Assembly: GCA_030265395.1 (NCBI GenBank)
Contig: JARFYF010000061.1
Location: 19,991,542 to 20,055,541 of the forward strand
Origin: Rhina ancylostomus
Lineage: Eukaryota
Length of the DNA stretch: 64,000 nt
Direction: 5' to 3'
The position numbers were made by a program, and so were the translations under genes. This document shows positions 11,200 to 25,200 of this stretch, piece by piece (position 1 is the stretch's first letter; each line of letters opens with the position of its first letter). A model generated the notes under the pieces. The model saw only the letters and a program-made list of their open reading frames with translations, was not told the origin of the DNA and ran no database searches.

Positions 11200-13490
11200 A
11201 ATCCTGCCACAGCTGGCAAAATTAAATTCAATAAATCAATGAACTAAATCTGGAATAAGAAGCTATTCTTAATAATTGAGTATTGGATCCACTGTTGTAA
11301 AAACCCATCTGGTTCACTAATGTCTTTCAGAGAAGCAAACCTGTCATCCTTACCCCAACCCAAAGTAAAGAAGTTACACTCTTAAACCACCTGGCAGGTC
11401 ACTCAGTGGTACCACAGGCAGGAGAGACTATAATTACAAAGGCAGGTGGACCAATCAGCACCAACCCAAAACATTAGCTTCTAACGATGGCCAGGCCAGG
11501 GGACCCTAAAGTCCTCCCACAAATGTAGGGGAAAATGCCCAAATTGGGAGGGATGTGTCCCACAGGCTGGTCAAACAGCACAAATTCAGAGTCGTATCTT
11601 CTTGCCAACATTACATCCGTGGACATGTCCTGTTCCTCCGAAAGGGCAGACTCACCAGAGATGGCATATGTGGGAGTGAGTTCCCCTGGGGTCACACCCA
11701 CCCTGCTGAACTATAGACTTAGAACAGACCTAAGAGTTGAAGTGTGACCCACAAGGTCCTGTGAGCCATCAGCAGTGTTCCATTCCACCACAATCTGTGA
11801 CCTGCCACATTCCTCACATGAATCAATTTAGCTTCGGTGAGGGGTGTGAAAGGTCACCGGGACCGCAGTTGTCTACAAATTTTTCGTCCAAAAAGGAGCT
11901 GCCGACCTGGTGAAGCTACGAAGCAGGACAACTGCTTGCTAATCAACGCATGCAGGATGCTGCTGGTGGAAATAAGGAAACGCTGGAAGCACTCTGCAGG
12001 TCGAGCAACATGTGAGGAGAAAGAAACAGAGTAAACACTTCAAGCCAAAAATCCTTCATCAGGGCAGTTCCATTTCTACGCTATGGATAGATTGAAATGA
12101 TCCCACAACCAGTAGTTCACAACATAAGTGATGGTGTCCAATTAAAACACCAACGGGAGGAAGATGTTCCACAAATATCCCTATCCTCTTTGATTATTGA
12201 GGATTGAACAGCTACCAAAGACAAGACAATGGCTCAGCTGGAAGTGTATGAATGATCCCACTAACTCTCCACAGAGCCCAGACTCTCACAAATTCATTCC
12301 ACAAAACATCAAGAAATAAAATATGCGGCAAGTCTAGGGGACCAGGTAACCTCCCAGCTGAAGTGCTGACGACCTGTGTTCCAGAACCAACTGCGACTGT
12401 TCCTGGATAGTTAGGACGCTGGCATTCACCCATGAAAGTAAAAAGTTGTCCAGGTATGTTGTTTCCACAAAAGGGATAAATCCAATCCAATTTATAACTG
12501 CCCAATCTGCCAACTTTCATTCAGAGTCATGAAAGGTATTATCACTAGATGGCATTTACTCACTGATAACCTGCTGACCTATGTAGCTCTGTAGTTTCTC
12601 TGTAGCTGTGACACTTTACTCTGCACTGTTATTGTTTTTACCGGTACTACCTCAATNNNNNNNNNNNNNNNNNNNNNNNNNNNNNNNNNNNNNNNNNNNN
12701 NNATTGACCTGTACGATCGGTTTGCAAGACAAGTTTTTCACTGTACCTCGGTACAAGTGACAATAATAAACCAATACTAGTACCAAGGCAACATTCAGCC
12801 ATTGCAACATTGATGCATACAACTACCAAGCAAAGATCATCTCCAACGTATCTAACCATCTACCTCTTGATCTTGTCATTCAGTGTTACCATTTCTGAAA
12901 TCCGACCATCAACATCTGGATAGTTAATGATGACCAGAAATTTAACAGGAGTAGCCACTTAAATACTGCAGAAACAGGAAGAATATGTCAGAGCTCAGGG
13001 TCTGCAGCAGGCGAATCACCTCCTGACTTCTAAATACCTTTTACCATCAACATGACGCTGTCCACTTGCCTGGATTACTGCAACTCCAAAATCATTGAAG
13101 CAGCTTAATACCTCCGGGGTGGCGGCAGGGGGGAGCCCACTTGTTTGGCACACGCATCACCTTAAACAGTGACTCTCCACCATACAGGTACACCCCGGCT
13201 GGAGTGCATACCATCAAATGTTGCAATACAGCACGGTTCTTCAATGGCACCTCCCAAACCTGCGGCACCTACCTACCAGCTGGGACAAAAGTAGGTGAAT
13301 GGGAGCATCACCACCTGCACGTCAGATGCCATTCTGACTCAGAGATGGATCACCTTTCCTCCTCATTACTGGACCAGCGTTCCCTACCTACCAGCATTGT
13401 GGGGTCACCCAAGAAAACGGCACGTCTCCACCTTTCCATATATAACTAGTGGCAGCCTTGGCAGAAGCACGCACATCTCAGGAATTAATA
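11200..13490 (+). mobile_element. Degenerate CR1/L2-superfamily LINE (5' region, APE endonuclease and RT remnants), interrupted by a Penelope-derived element (about 11950-12065, -) and a Rex1-like tail (about 12560-12778)
   Basis: Remnants resembling PKLG..SHRLVKQ..ESYL (APE) at 11535-11600 and GP.NLPAEVL.TC.PE..HK.DKSNP.YCPI (RT N-terminus) at 12335-12510. Confidence 0.7.
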
Positions 13491-14267
13491 AAACCTTAAA
13501 AGGTGTTTCCTTCTTTTGTCTATGGTCAGGTACAGGAAGAGGGTTGATGGAGTGAAGCTAGTTTTCCGTTTCATGCTTCCTCAGAGTTGGTGAAGTTGGA
13601 CTTATCTTAAGTGAGAAGAAGTCAGTGCTCTAAGGAACCTCGGTCAGAAGAAAGCACTGCGTCACACATTCACCAAAGTGATATGTTTCTATACAAAATG
13701 TTGTTCACACAGAAATCAATATGTTGGAGAAATGGACTCTCCAAATGTGCACTTCCGTTCATGAAGTACCAGAGGCGAGAGAATGCTATGCACTGAAGCA
13801 AGACAAGCAGTCTTGGGGCAGAAAATCAAGTGCTGTGGATCTACAGTATTACACATAATTCCTGTGAACTGCTCCATTGCAGGAAATCTGCCTGATGAGC
13901 TGCTCTCCTTCCCACAATTTATCATTATTTGCCCCCAAAAAGTTGGCAGATTGCATGGAAAGCATCTCCTATCCATATTAAGAACACACAGGCCACCTCC
14001 ACAGAAAAACTGAGGTTTCCACTGATAATTTCTCACACCATCATCTTTAATATTTTGGAAATCTGTCTGAAAACCAATACTAAGTGTATAAGTTTCACTT
14101 TGTTCAAACTGATTCACAGGTGATTTTTAAATCAAACACATTTTGAGTAACATTCCATTTCTTTATTTTATTGACTTGACTCATAGCAACCAGAATGCAG
14201 AACTAGTGGCGTTATGGAGCTTCACCTCTCCTACATACTCTAAGTACTGGTTATTGTTGAGGCTTTG

Positions 14268-14632
14268 GTAACACTCTGGCAGTGTGTCGGAAGGTTATGG
14301 GTTCAGAGCACAAGGTCTAGGCTGATAATCCAGAGCAGTACTGAAGGAATGCTGCACTCTCAGACATACCAGATATCCACTGAGATGCTAAACCAACCCC
14401 TTTCTGCTCTCAATTAGATATTCAATTGCCCACAAAACACTTTGCAGAACAGGAACATTTTCCTTCGTGATGAAGCTGTTATCTACCCTTTATCTGGTCA
14501 TCAGTACATTGTCAAATATTGCATTGTGCCACTTGGTGTCCGTAACATCTACAAGTGTCTACTGCGTTTAATTGACTGTAGGTTGCTCTTGTGATATCAA
14601 GATTGTGAAAGGTGTCATATAAATGCAAGTTT
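14268..14632 (+). mobile_element. Deu-domain SINE (SacSINE1-like), near full length
   Basis: ggaaggttatgggttcagagcacaaggtctaggctga..gcagtactgaaggaatgctgcact ... gtgaaaggtgtcatataaatgcaagt tail. Confidence 0.8.
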
Positions 14633-15544
14633 ACCCCCTTGAATGTGGCTGCATCCTTTAATTTACACACAGTCCTCTTCTTGACTAAGATTTATAGTGG
14701 GCTTTGGCACTCATCCACTGCTTAAAATGGTGTCTAACACTTGTACTCCTGCAGGACTGAAGAGACTCTGCCTGATCATTGCCCGTATTGCCTTGAGGGC
14801 CATCAACAGGGTCCCTCCAAGTGGGAATCCTGCTGGGAGGCCTACATACACGAGAAATTACCTCCTACTTAGAGAACATCTTGTTGCTAATTCTGTCCTC
14901 TCTACTGAAATCTAAACAAGGTTGCTCATTCTTCGTCTGGCTTCATTTTCTGTTTACACTCAGCACTGAGTATGGACTACTATCCAACAACAATTGTTAA
15001 GGAGTTTCACAAAACTTGTAATACCCCCAACAGGGGCACAGCATTCAAGATACAAATGAACAAATAACACTCCCCCTCAAACACAAACACAAACACACAC
15101 ACAAAATACAAACATGCACAAACCACATGCATTGGAACAAAACACAGCAATAAACTACATTCAGAATATGAGAAATTTAAATATAGGAAAATTAATTTTT
15201 GTCCACTTATTCAGGTATAATTATCCCAGCTGGACTACATTAACTGCAAGGTCTGCACAATGCAATAAATTGGAAACGGATTCTATATAGCTAACACTTT
15301 GAGACTGGAGACACAAGTTTACAGGAAACAATTTTTCCCATCACCACCTCTTTTCTCCCGCACCTGACAAACTAGAAATGATTAACATGATCATAAATGT
15401 TTAATTCATGATGTGAAGCAACAGGTGAATTCAAGGAGAAAACACTCACTGCAAATAAACAATCCATCACCTTTCTCTTTAATGAGTTGTCAGATCACTT
15501 GTACACAGGTTTGATTACGTATGGTTTAAACTGAAAGCAGTTGC

Positions 15545-18500
15545 AAATTGTAAAATCAAGAATGCTTTATTAAGACATAACAAATTATAGCTAAGAAAAA
15601 TACATTTTAAAATTTTATCTGTTTTAAAATGTGGAACATTTTGCAGTAACATGTTCAAATTTTCTGCCACTAGACCAATGAGTAAATCCAGCTAGTTTCT
15701 ATCAAAATATACATGGCAAATGCAAAACAGAAATATTCTCAATTCACCACATTTATATGAAGTTATCAGATCTGAATATTTGGATAGGGCAAAGCTTTGA
15801 GAACAGTTCACATTAAACACAGGAAATCTTTTCATCCTCTCTATGCCAGCGATTGTGTCCAATTGTGGCATTCCAATCCTGATTCATAATACAGTATTGT
15901 GTATGCAATAAATATTTTACTAAATCACTTTCATCATAAATTAATAAGCATTGAATAATACTCTGCGCAATGTTTGAACTTGACAGACATCAAATGTAAT
16001 TACATCCCAAGTGCCAAATTCCAAACAATATTGATGGCAGATTAATCTTTTAAAGCATTAAAGTTAACAGCACTATAGGATGACACAAAAAATATGGGTG
16101 GCAAATTGTCTTAAAAAATTGAGACAATAAGAATCCAAGATGCCAGTAGAGTGAAAGTCATTTACATTACTGCCTTTCTGAAGGGTTCCTATGGCGTAGT
16201 TTTTCTTCCAGATTGGATTATAATAGTTCTGAATATTTCTCGATTCAAGTTGCTTAGTTTAAATGATCTGATTATTGAATTTTTGAGCATTAGATTCCCA
16301 TTCTGCTGTTCTTTTTTACATGATTTAAATTACATAATGTTTAGGTGCAAAAACTGACAATCAGGAATTGCCTGGATAAGCTACCAAACAGAGCTAACTT
16401 GCATATTAACAGACAAGAATTTATGCAAAACTACATTCAATACCCAAATTAGACTGATTGTTGAATTTCTCTCATTAATATTCTGCAACGAATTAAAGTG
16501 AAAGGATTAAAACTACGTAGCAGTGTACCTTTCTATCTAACGATAACTAGATTGAAAGGTACTATGGAAGTATGTTCTAAATCTAGAAAATACCAATTTT
16601 TAAAAAAACTTTTCTGGATACCCTTAAGGGATCCATAAGCAAAAAAAACTGGATGCAAACTAAACATTCTTCCATGAATTGAGAGACCCAAGTGAAATGA
16701 TTCTGAACAAAGAAACAGTGTGTGGTGTTAAAATTAAGAAACACTGGATAGCTGTTACCACTTTATTTCAGAATCCTGTAATTTTTCCATGTACAATGGA
16801 CACTATTTGTGTGCTGAAATGAATCCAAAATCAACATATGTTATAAGTGAGCATACATTATATGCGAATGCTAAAACTCAAATGGACCTTGAAACCATTT
16901 TTAACATGTAATTTGAAGTCATTCTCCTAGTTTCTCATAGAACCATTAATTAAATATTGGTCTGTGGAAAGTGCAAAGATTTGGTGAGATGTGAAAGGAA
17001 TGTGACAGCAGTTTGCACTACTAGGGGAAAAGAAAAACAGCAAATTGCTTTCCTTAGGACTTTGTGTTGCAGGGAAAATGGAGCTGCTTGGTTGCTTTTA
17101 AAGTAAAGAGGATGGCAGTGATCAAGAAGATCTGGCAATGTCCCAAAGCTGGTCATGTAGTATTGGTGAAGACAGAAGGGAAACTCATCTATTCTAATGA
17201 GAAGGCTCAACATGACATGAAAAGAAATTGACTAGAAATACAAGAAGCTGCTGAACTGAAAGCTTGTGTCAGATGCAGTCAGTATCATATCATGTGGTCA
17301 GCCACACACTGCTTGTCAATAGAAGTTACAGATTCACAGTCCATTCAGTAGTGTGTGCATGTTTTAATGAAAAGGAACAAAATGATGTTTTACCATTTCC
17401 AGCTCGTAGAAGATGGCAAATTTCTAGGTGTGTGAGTAAATCATTATTAATGTATATTTTCTTTTTGCACTGTCTTTGTAGGAACAGTGCTATTGGTCCA
17501 AAGCTGAATCACTTCAGTACAAGATGAGAAACAAAGGGCTTGTTAGGTATATTTGGGATTATTGATGGCATTTGATTAGATGATTGCTTTGTAGTGTACT
17601 TGTTTTTCTAATTATATAGGCCCTTCCATGTGGGAGCACAGATTTTCAGGTAGTTTTGATTCCAATAAAATGATTATCAGCTCAGTAGCTTGATAAAGAT
17701 GGTTAAGTCCATGGACTACAAAGGAATATATTAGTGACCAGGAGCAAAGTAAAGTTACTACACTATTACCTATGTAGTTACTGAAGGAATTGAATGATTT
17801 TGTTTGTAGGTTGAAGGCATCATATTAAATACCTTCCTGAGAAATAAAGCACTGCAATAGTTGTAACCGATGGGGAGCAGCTACAGTTAATCTGGTATTA
17901 GTCTAAATGAACAATGTTAAATCCCATGGATCTTATAGTAGCTTGGTGGAAGTATGGATTCAAGGCTCACAGACAAAATTTAAGGAGACACTCCAGATTT
18001 GAGTGAGTGCTATCCTGCATTTGAGAAGCCATTTTCAAGGTGAGATGCTAATCCAGCATCTATACTGCCAACTCACATGGCTGTGAAAAATCCCAGAGAA
18101 CAAAAACTTTTCCCTGGTGGCTATGGTCAATATTTTTCAACTGAATTCACCATAAATAAATTACTGGGTCAAAATCACATTGCTAGCTAAGGCTCGTTAT
18201 GCCCAAAGTGGTTGTGTTGTTTCTAACATTAAACAAAAGATGTACTTTAAAATTAAGTGGTGCAAAAAGCTTTTGGCCTGTTGTAGGGCAGATACTTGAA
18301 CGTGTCATTTTTTTCTTAAATTATAATCCAGCACCTAGACTGAATTCAACCTGTACCAATTTAAAAAGATTAGCTGTAGCTGAGGATGACTTAACAGCTG
18401 AATGTAGTGGTTAAAATATTACTGGTGTTTTCAGGAAGGAAAGGGGTGGCTGGACACCTATATGACTGCAGAGCAAATTAGAGAATTCAGAACAGCTCAA

Positions 18501-21500
18501 ATCTGAGTGGATATAACACTCAGCCTGCACACTCAACAAAGTTCATTTCAAAATGAAGCAGGAACATTAAAATCAGGAGAGAAAGATGTACCTGAATGGG
18601 AATCTGAATTCAGCATAGCTGCCAAATGTTTCTGTTGCACAGAGTTCCAAAGCATTGAGTTCCAAGCAGACGATAATGATACAAAACTTGTCTTTAGCCT
18701 TGCTGAGAGTGGCCACCAAAACCTCATACTACTTTCTGGGTCCCTTATTATAGATTTTGTCAGCAGTATAATTACCAGACTGTAATGTGTCACTCAGGCT
18801 TTCAGCAAGTCTAAGTTGCATTTCAAGAATAATACATACTGTGACTCGTGTTCCAAAGAAAAATGGGAACAACTCAAAGTGACACCAGAAGAAAAATTGA
18901 AGAAAACTGATTCTGAACTGCAATGTTAGGAAAATAGCAGACATCAGCATGGTAATTTGGGGTTGTATCAAATAATATGTAGCTGGACCCCAAAAACTCC
19001 CAACTACACACTTAGTTTATTTTATATTTAAAATCTCCAGTAGAAAGCTGAAGGGCTTATACTCAAATTGCATCCTATAAGAAAGACAAGATGAACCCTC
19101 ATCAAAAAAATTAAACCAAAGATGGTAATTGCTATTTAAAGGAGTAAATTAGATTTTAGCTGCAGTATGTCATGTGTGAAGTTATCGTTTGGCATGTTAC
19201 TTTTGTTAATGCTAGTGAAGAGAAAAGGTCCTTAAACAAGCTATAATGACACTTCCAAGGACAAAGAAAATATTATCAATGGAGCTGGTTCTTCACTGGA
19301 AGAGATGGCAAGTTATAGCTGTGATGCTGCTGGGAGAACCAGCTTATTCTTCACATGTACTACAGATTAGTATGGAAATATCAGTTTTCACCATACAATA
19401 CTTAAAGCTGGAACTTGAGGATGCAAATGAACAAAAGTTGAGTTGTAAGTAATGTGGTACAAATTTCTTCACCTAAGGAAGTTCTGGAAGTAGACTTTGA
19501 CTATGGCTTTTTGTTGCTAATTACTTCACCAGAAGTCTTTCAGTGTGATATGAAATCCCAAATCCTTAAGTATATTTTTAAATATTAAAGTCAAACTAGC
19601 ATCTTTTTAAAAAAAAGCTCTGGATAAATATGGATATCAAAGTCTAAAACGCTGATTTTCAACTTGTTTTCTGCAGTTAACTCTCTCTCCGTACAATATC
19701 TTAAACAAAACACATTTGAGTTTTATGAACAATTAAGCAAATATTGCAAATGCTGGCAAAAGTCAGGCACGTCATTTGAGAGACCACGTGCCTTGAAGTT
19801 ATGTGTTTTGGGTTCCACATTCCTCAGTTCCATATAATCTTAGGCAGGGGCTGATTGTTTGCATTGTGTTCTTTTTGCTTCAGCACTATTATGATGTTCT
19901 AGGATCAGAATTGTGCAGGTATATTTAAGGTATACATTTGGGCATTTAAAATTAGGTGCAAATGTGGCAAGAGAGGAGAGCACAGGAGAAATGAAAATGA
20001 TGAGGCTAATCATAGATTAAAGAATGGTAGCTACTTGATGCTGTGCTAATACAATTGCAGAGTGGAGAATAACTGAAAATTAGTATTATCGTGATCAGAG
20101 TCAAAAAAGTCAGTGGCATATACACATGGGGGTTTGTTACATGGATGCAACTGGCTCACATATCCAAGCAACAACATTTATTCAGCCATCTGTATCAACT
20201 TATATGCCATTTAGGTCTACCTCAACTTCCTATTGTAAAACATAGTTTTATAAATGATACAGGAAACCAAATTGGTTAACAGAAACCTTCAGAAATAGTT
20301 ACCTGTAATACTCTGAATACAGAACACACTAAATCACAAAGAAACAATACAAAACTTGTAAATGTGGATCCCTAAAGTTAGTGGGCTACAAATGGGAAGA
20401 ATAGGACCTAAAATAGCATGCAACCATAGCATGGAATCCTGCTCTATCACAACAAGCAAGCCTTTGCACATGAATTATTTATTCCACGCTTTTCGCCAGA
20501 GATTGCAAGATCTTCAATAATCATACCTGCGTAGCATCAGCAGCAAGATAAACAAAATTCCAAAAATGCTTTCATTTCAGACGGACAGTAATGTCAATAT
20601 GCAATTTATAGAACAGCATCAGAATGGCTCTGAAGAACTGGTGTGAATGTAAGGTTTCAGTGATATAATGAACACAAATCGTTCATCCATAAACATACAG
20701 TTCAAGTAGTATGGGTACTGTGTGATCATATCACGATACAAACTAATGAATAGTTCACCGAAGTATTTTATACTGCGAGTGTACATGATATACAGTATAC
20801 TGACAGTAGAAGTGGATTCAACCAAAACACAGGCTGTGCTGAGAGGGAGGAGCCAGAATTTTGCCAGTGTTTTAGAATTACACAGATAGTACATATTTCC
20901 CTATAAACAGTGCACACCCATCAAATATAAACACCACTGTTACCTTTTATTCCATATTTCTATACTTAGCTCAGTCATCAAACACTTTTAAAATCATCCT
21001 GTTTTGATTGTGCAAAAAAAGCAAAACAATTGAGCAATAAATTATTTTGTACACAGATTCAGCTTGTAGACTGATGCATTAAATCAGTACAGATAATATC
21101 CAAGTGTGTTTCCACATTGCAAAGACAGACAGAAAATTCTACATCAAACACATTGTGCACCGGCCATACAATCCCAAGATTGCACAATATCTTCTGCAAT
21201 GAACTTTTACCAAATCTGGCTTTAACTTTTTTTCCCCCACAAATGAATTATAAAACCCTCACATTTTTTTCTGAGAATGTTGAAAAATATAACTTTAGGA
21301 AAAAAAAATCTATATTGGGAAAAATGTGAATATGATGCATCTGGAACACATTCACTATTTTGTTTCTTCTTGTATAAGATTTTTAAGCAACCTTGGATGA
21401 ATATATTATATTTAAAATACATTATTTCACATACTTGTATAGTATTGGATCAGATAAACCCTTTCTGGCTAGTTTATCAGCTAACTAAGGCAAAAGCAAA

Positions 21501-22109
21501 ATTCTCCAGAAAATTTACACTAGTGTTAATCTCAAGAAGGAAACAAAAACAATTTAAGGCAATATTATTGATGAAACTGGTAGTTTTGTGTTAAATATCA
21601 CAATGGTGTTGCCTAAAGCTATTAATATAGGAAATTTTAATCAAAACAGTGAATGCATGAACATAAATTGTATTCTAAATATTGGCCCCATAGAAATGCA
21701 TGGCAGACTTAAGTTTTCTGGTTTTGAACTCGTTTTAAGGCATCTTAAAAGAGAAGATAAATATTTTCCAAGATACAACAACATTACTTGATTTTTTTTT
21801 GTTTTATGCAGTACATATATACATTGCAAAAAATATATATAAAAGACATGCAGTTTATGGCTCAGTTCAAACTGCTATACATCACAGGTAGTCAAAATTT
21901 GTTGCCAGCACTGATAAAACTCAGTCCTTCATTGACAGATTTTATTCCAGTAATGGTCAAACTGCAATGGTCAGAAGATTTCTTCTTAAAAATTAGAAAA
22001 AACTCTCCTTAAAAGCTAGTTTTTAGAACCTCAAGTTCTTGTTTGTGTCCAGAAGCAACTAGTTGGCCTTAAAATTTCCAAACAGGGAAGCTCTTGGCAG
22101 TGTAAATCA
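15545..22109 (-). other. Putative long 3'UTR of the ELL gene, with candidate AATAAA signals at 20946-20951, 20478-20483, 16762-16767 and 15566-15571
   Basis: AT-rich and nearly free of young TEs compared with the flanks; Pumilio-type TGTATATA at 21816-21823(-). The true 3' end cannot be determined from sequence alone. Confidence 0.45.
17945..18280 (+). mobile_element. Old Deu-domain SINE copy inside the putative ELL 3'UTR (antisense to the mRNA)
   Basis: Degenerate match to 14268-14632 (gacactccag..gtgct..gagatgctaa..aaaaatccc..tggtcaatattt..tcacattgct). Confidence 0.55.
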
Positions 22110-22217
22110 TCATGGCATGTTGTTCTGATCATATTCTAGAATCAGCTGCTTGATGTGAGATAGCTTTCGGTGCAGATACTCACAACGAACCTTCTCTTCC
22201 TGATAACTAGGATGAGC
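22110..22217 (-). CDS. ELL2-like: ELL-family last coding exon: [35 protein letters not shown] (tandem TGA TGA)
   Basis: Acceptor gtttggaatag; conserved EEK.RCEYLH.KL.HIK.LI.EYD C-terminus. Confidence 0.96.
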   Translation of the reverse strand, partial: AHPSYQEEKVRCEYLHRKLSHIKQLILEYDQNNMP

Positions 22218-25200
22218 CTATTCCAAACAGGTAAAAATAACATCCATTTTACAAAACTGTCAACCACATGTTTAATTACCCAAATTATGAGCCACAGCTT
22301 ATGTGGAAGAGTACCTAAAGTCCCTACTATCTAATTTCAAAATGAGAAGAGATCCAGAAAAGGACGGGAAATCCAAAGCTACTTTGAAGGTATTAGCAGT
22401 TATCCTCGTCTTTAATTCAGAAGCCTTCTTGAAACAGTGCAACTTGACAAGAATATTGATAACTGCAGTGATTTGGAAATGAGGATGAAGAAATCCTATT
22501 TTATATGCTAAGGTACTGAATAAATTAGAACTGGACTACAAAACTGAAGACAGAAGCATGGGAAGAAATCTACCCAAAATTGAAAACAGTAAAGCAAGTA
22601 CATTATAAACAAAAGAATGGTAACAGATCTGTGTAAAACCAGATCATTGTAATGCCTGTAACATTACAAGTATTAGTACCAGTAATTGTTACAAGGTATT
22701 CAGCTGTAACATGAACAAGATTTTTTTCTTTCCACAGATGCTACCTGATCTACTGAGTGTTTATAGCATTCTTTTTTTTATTTCAGATTTCCCGCAACTG
22801 CTCTGCCCCTCTCAGTTCCAGCTTGTTTTGATTTTTCCCATTCTCAAACTGCCCTTATTCATCTTCCTGTTCACATTCTTCCAGACAGAGCAGGTTTAAT
22901 TATCTAGCATTTTTCCTCTCTTTTGGATGACATAGAAAGCAGTTGCATCAAATGAACAACCTTGGTCTCCATCCCACTACAGACATCCCCTTTGTTCCCT
23001 CAACTCTCTGCAACTTAAAACACATTTGTTTTTTTTCCACTTTTCCAGCTCCAATGAAGGGTTGTTAACCTGAAACATTAACTTGGTTTCTCTCTCCACA
23101 GATGCTGACTGGTCTGTTGAGTTCTGCCTGCACTTTTGTTTTTATTCAATAATGATAATGCAATCAACTTGAAAATAACCACAAGCACAACATTGCCAGG
23201 CAAATACTAACTTCATTGTTTTGTGGTTCTCTGAAGGAGTTAATAGGCTTCTTCTAATTCAGTTTAAGAAACCAGCAAGACAATAAATTTATGGTAACCA
23301 GATGCTTGTAATGTTGATTGATGACAGAAAACAGATTCCAATTTAACCATAAAAAAATCTGTCAAACATTAAACCGCTGTGATTCTGAAAAATAACCTAC
23401 CTTTTTAAATTTCCTATATTCCTCAAATATTTGATCCTCTGCCATCTGAAATATAATATCATAAATTTAAGAACTTGGTCAATTTTATTTAACCATCAAT
23501 TGATCATAGGACCTTTTAAAAGACCGGTAAAGTACAAAAATAATTCTTTTTCATTTTGCATTATGAATCCATAAGGGTGAAGTTTGCTTAATTGAGATTT
23601 TAAAATGACTTTGCAGACACTTCAAAGGGCACATATCATTGTACATTTAAACACAGATTACAATAAAAATTAAATATTCTTTTCTTACATTATTAACTTG
23701 AATATCTATATTTGCATTTTACCAAATTTAAGGTATAAAGGGTTAGAAATTATTTTGTGTGTTAAATATTAAGCCTAAACATGAATCTGATTCTAAAACT
23801 GATCTGCTCAATGAAATCTTGTTCTTTATGCACAGGTAGCAGTTTTAAAAGTTTGTTGCAGGCTTTCCAAAAATATGATGCCCATGAGCACAGGCGTAGG
23901 TTTGTGCACTGTAACATCAAATGGTATGGAATGCAGAGAACAATGCTGCTTATGCAAAATTTACTTGTGCATCAGAGGCTTGTGCACGGCTTGGGCTATT
24001 GATCAAATAGCAGGTCTTAAAAAGAGAGGTGAATACAACACAAACCAATATCAATTGACCCAATAATAAACTAATACAAGTGCTCCTACAACATGCTCAA
24101 TCACCACACAAACATATCTCTGACCTCTAATTATCCAGACCCCAATGTTCCAGGACCCAGATGATCTCCAACTTCTACTCCCAAGTAATCCCACATACCT
24201 TCTTCACTGGTGCTCTCTCAACCATCTCTCAAAAGTCTTTGACACAAGTTTCCAGCATTAATGATGCTGGAAGTAACAGCTGATATATCTTTGTGCACAT
24301 TTTCATGTGCAGGGCCTTTCCATTATGCATGTTACCATGGGCCCCTTCCACAATGGAATACCACTGCTGGGGGTGATGTGCACAATCCTAATACAAATTC
24401 CTGCATTGATTAACACATCTTCATAGCTGCTGAAGAATTTCTAGGTCAAGGTAATGTTTAAACCAGCATTCTCATAAGAACTTATGAGGAATACATGGTC
24501 AGCTTGGGTTAGTTTTGTTCCTAAAAGTTATTACATAATTAAAATAGCATAATTCAATTCAAGGACACAACAGGGTTCTTTTCCCAGATAAAAGTACTAT
24601 TAAACTCAACATGGCAACATTTAAGGAAAGGTGTTCAATCTGTGTGTGGTCTGGTCACATTTATCCACCATCTTCTGGCAGTCTGGTTGAGGTACAAGGC
24701 CCTCAGACCCACTTTTGTGCTATGTTCTTGATTTGCTAGTTTGCCCTGTTTGCAATTTGTAGGCCCAGATATTTAGAAAGGGCTATTTTTAAACAGTGAT
24801 TCCTCATTTGCAGACGAATCATAAACCAGAACATGAAACCTGGTTTGTACAAAGTAGTGAGAGCATACATTTAAACTCTACATGTGTCCATAAAAACTCA
24901 AGAGTATATATTCTTTGTTGTCCAATTGGATATTGTTTTTTCTTTTCTCACCTCTCCAGGTACAGCCGGTGAATCAGCTGCAATGGTTTCTTTTTCAATC
25001 GCACCTATTACCTCTTTTGTGCCCCAACACCTACACTAGGTCTTACTATTGACATGGTGCTTCTTGGTGACATCATCTGAAAACTAACTATCAGTTTATC
25101 ACACATGCAATGCCAGCCAGCTCTACCCTTACCATTACCCATTACCCACAGAATTATCAGACTTCTTGCTTGAATCCAGTATTGGATGAAGAGAAATTTC

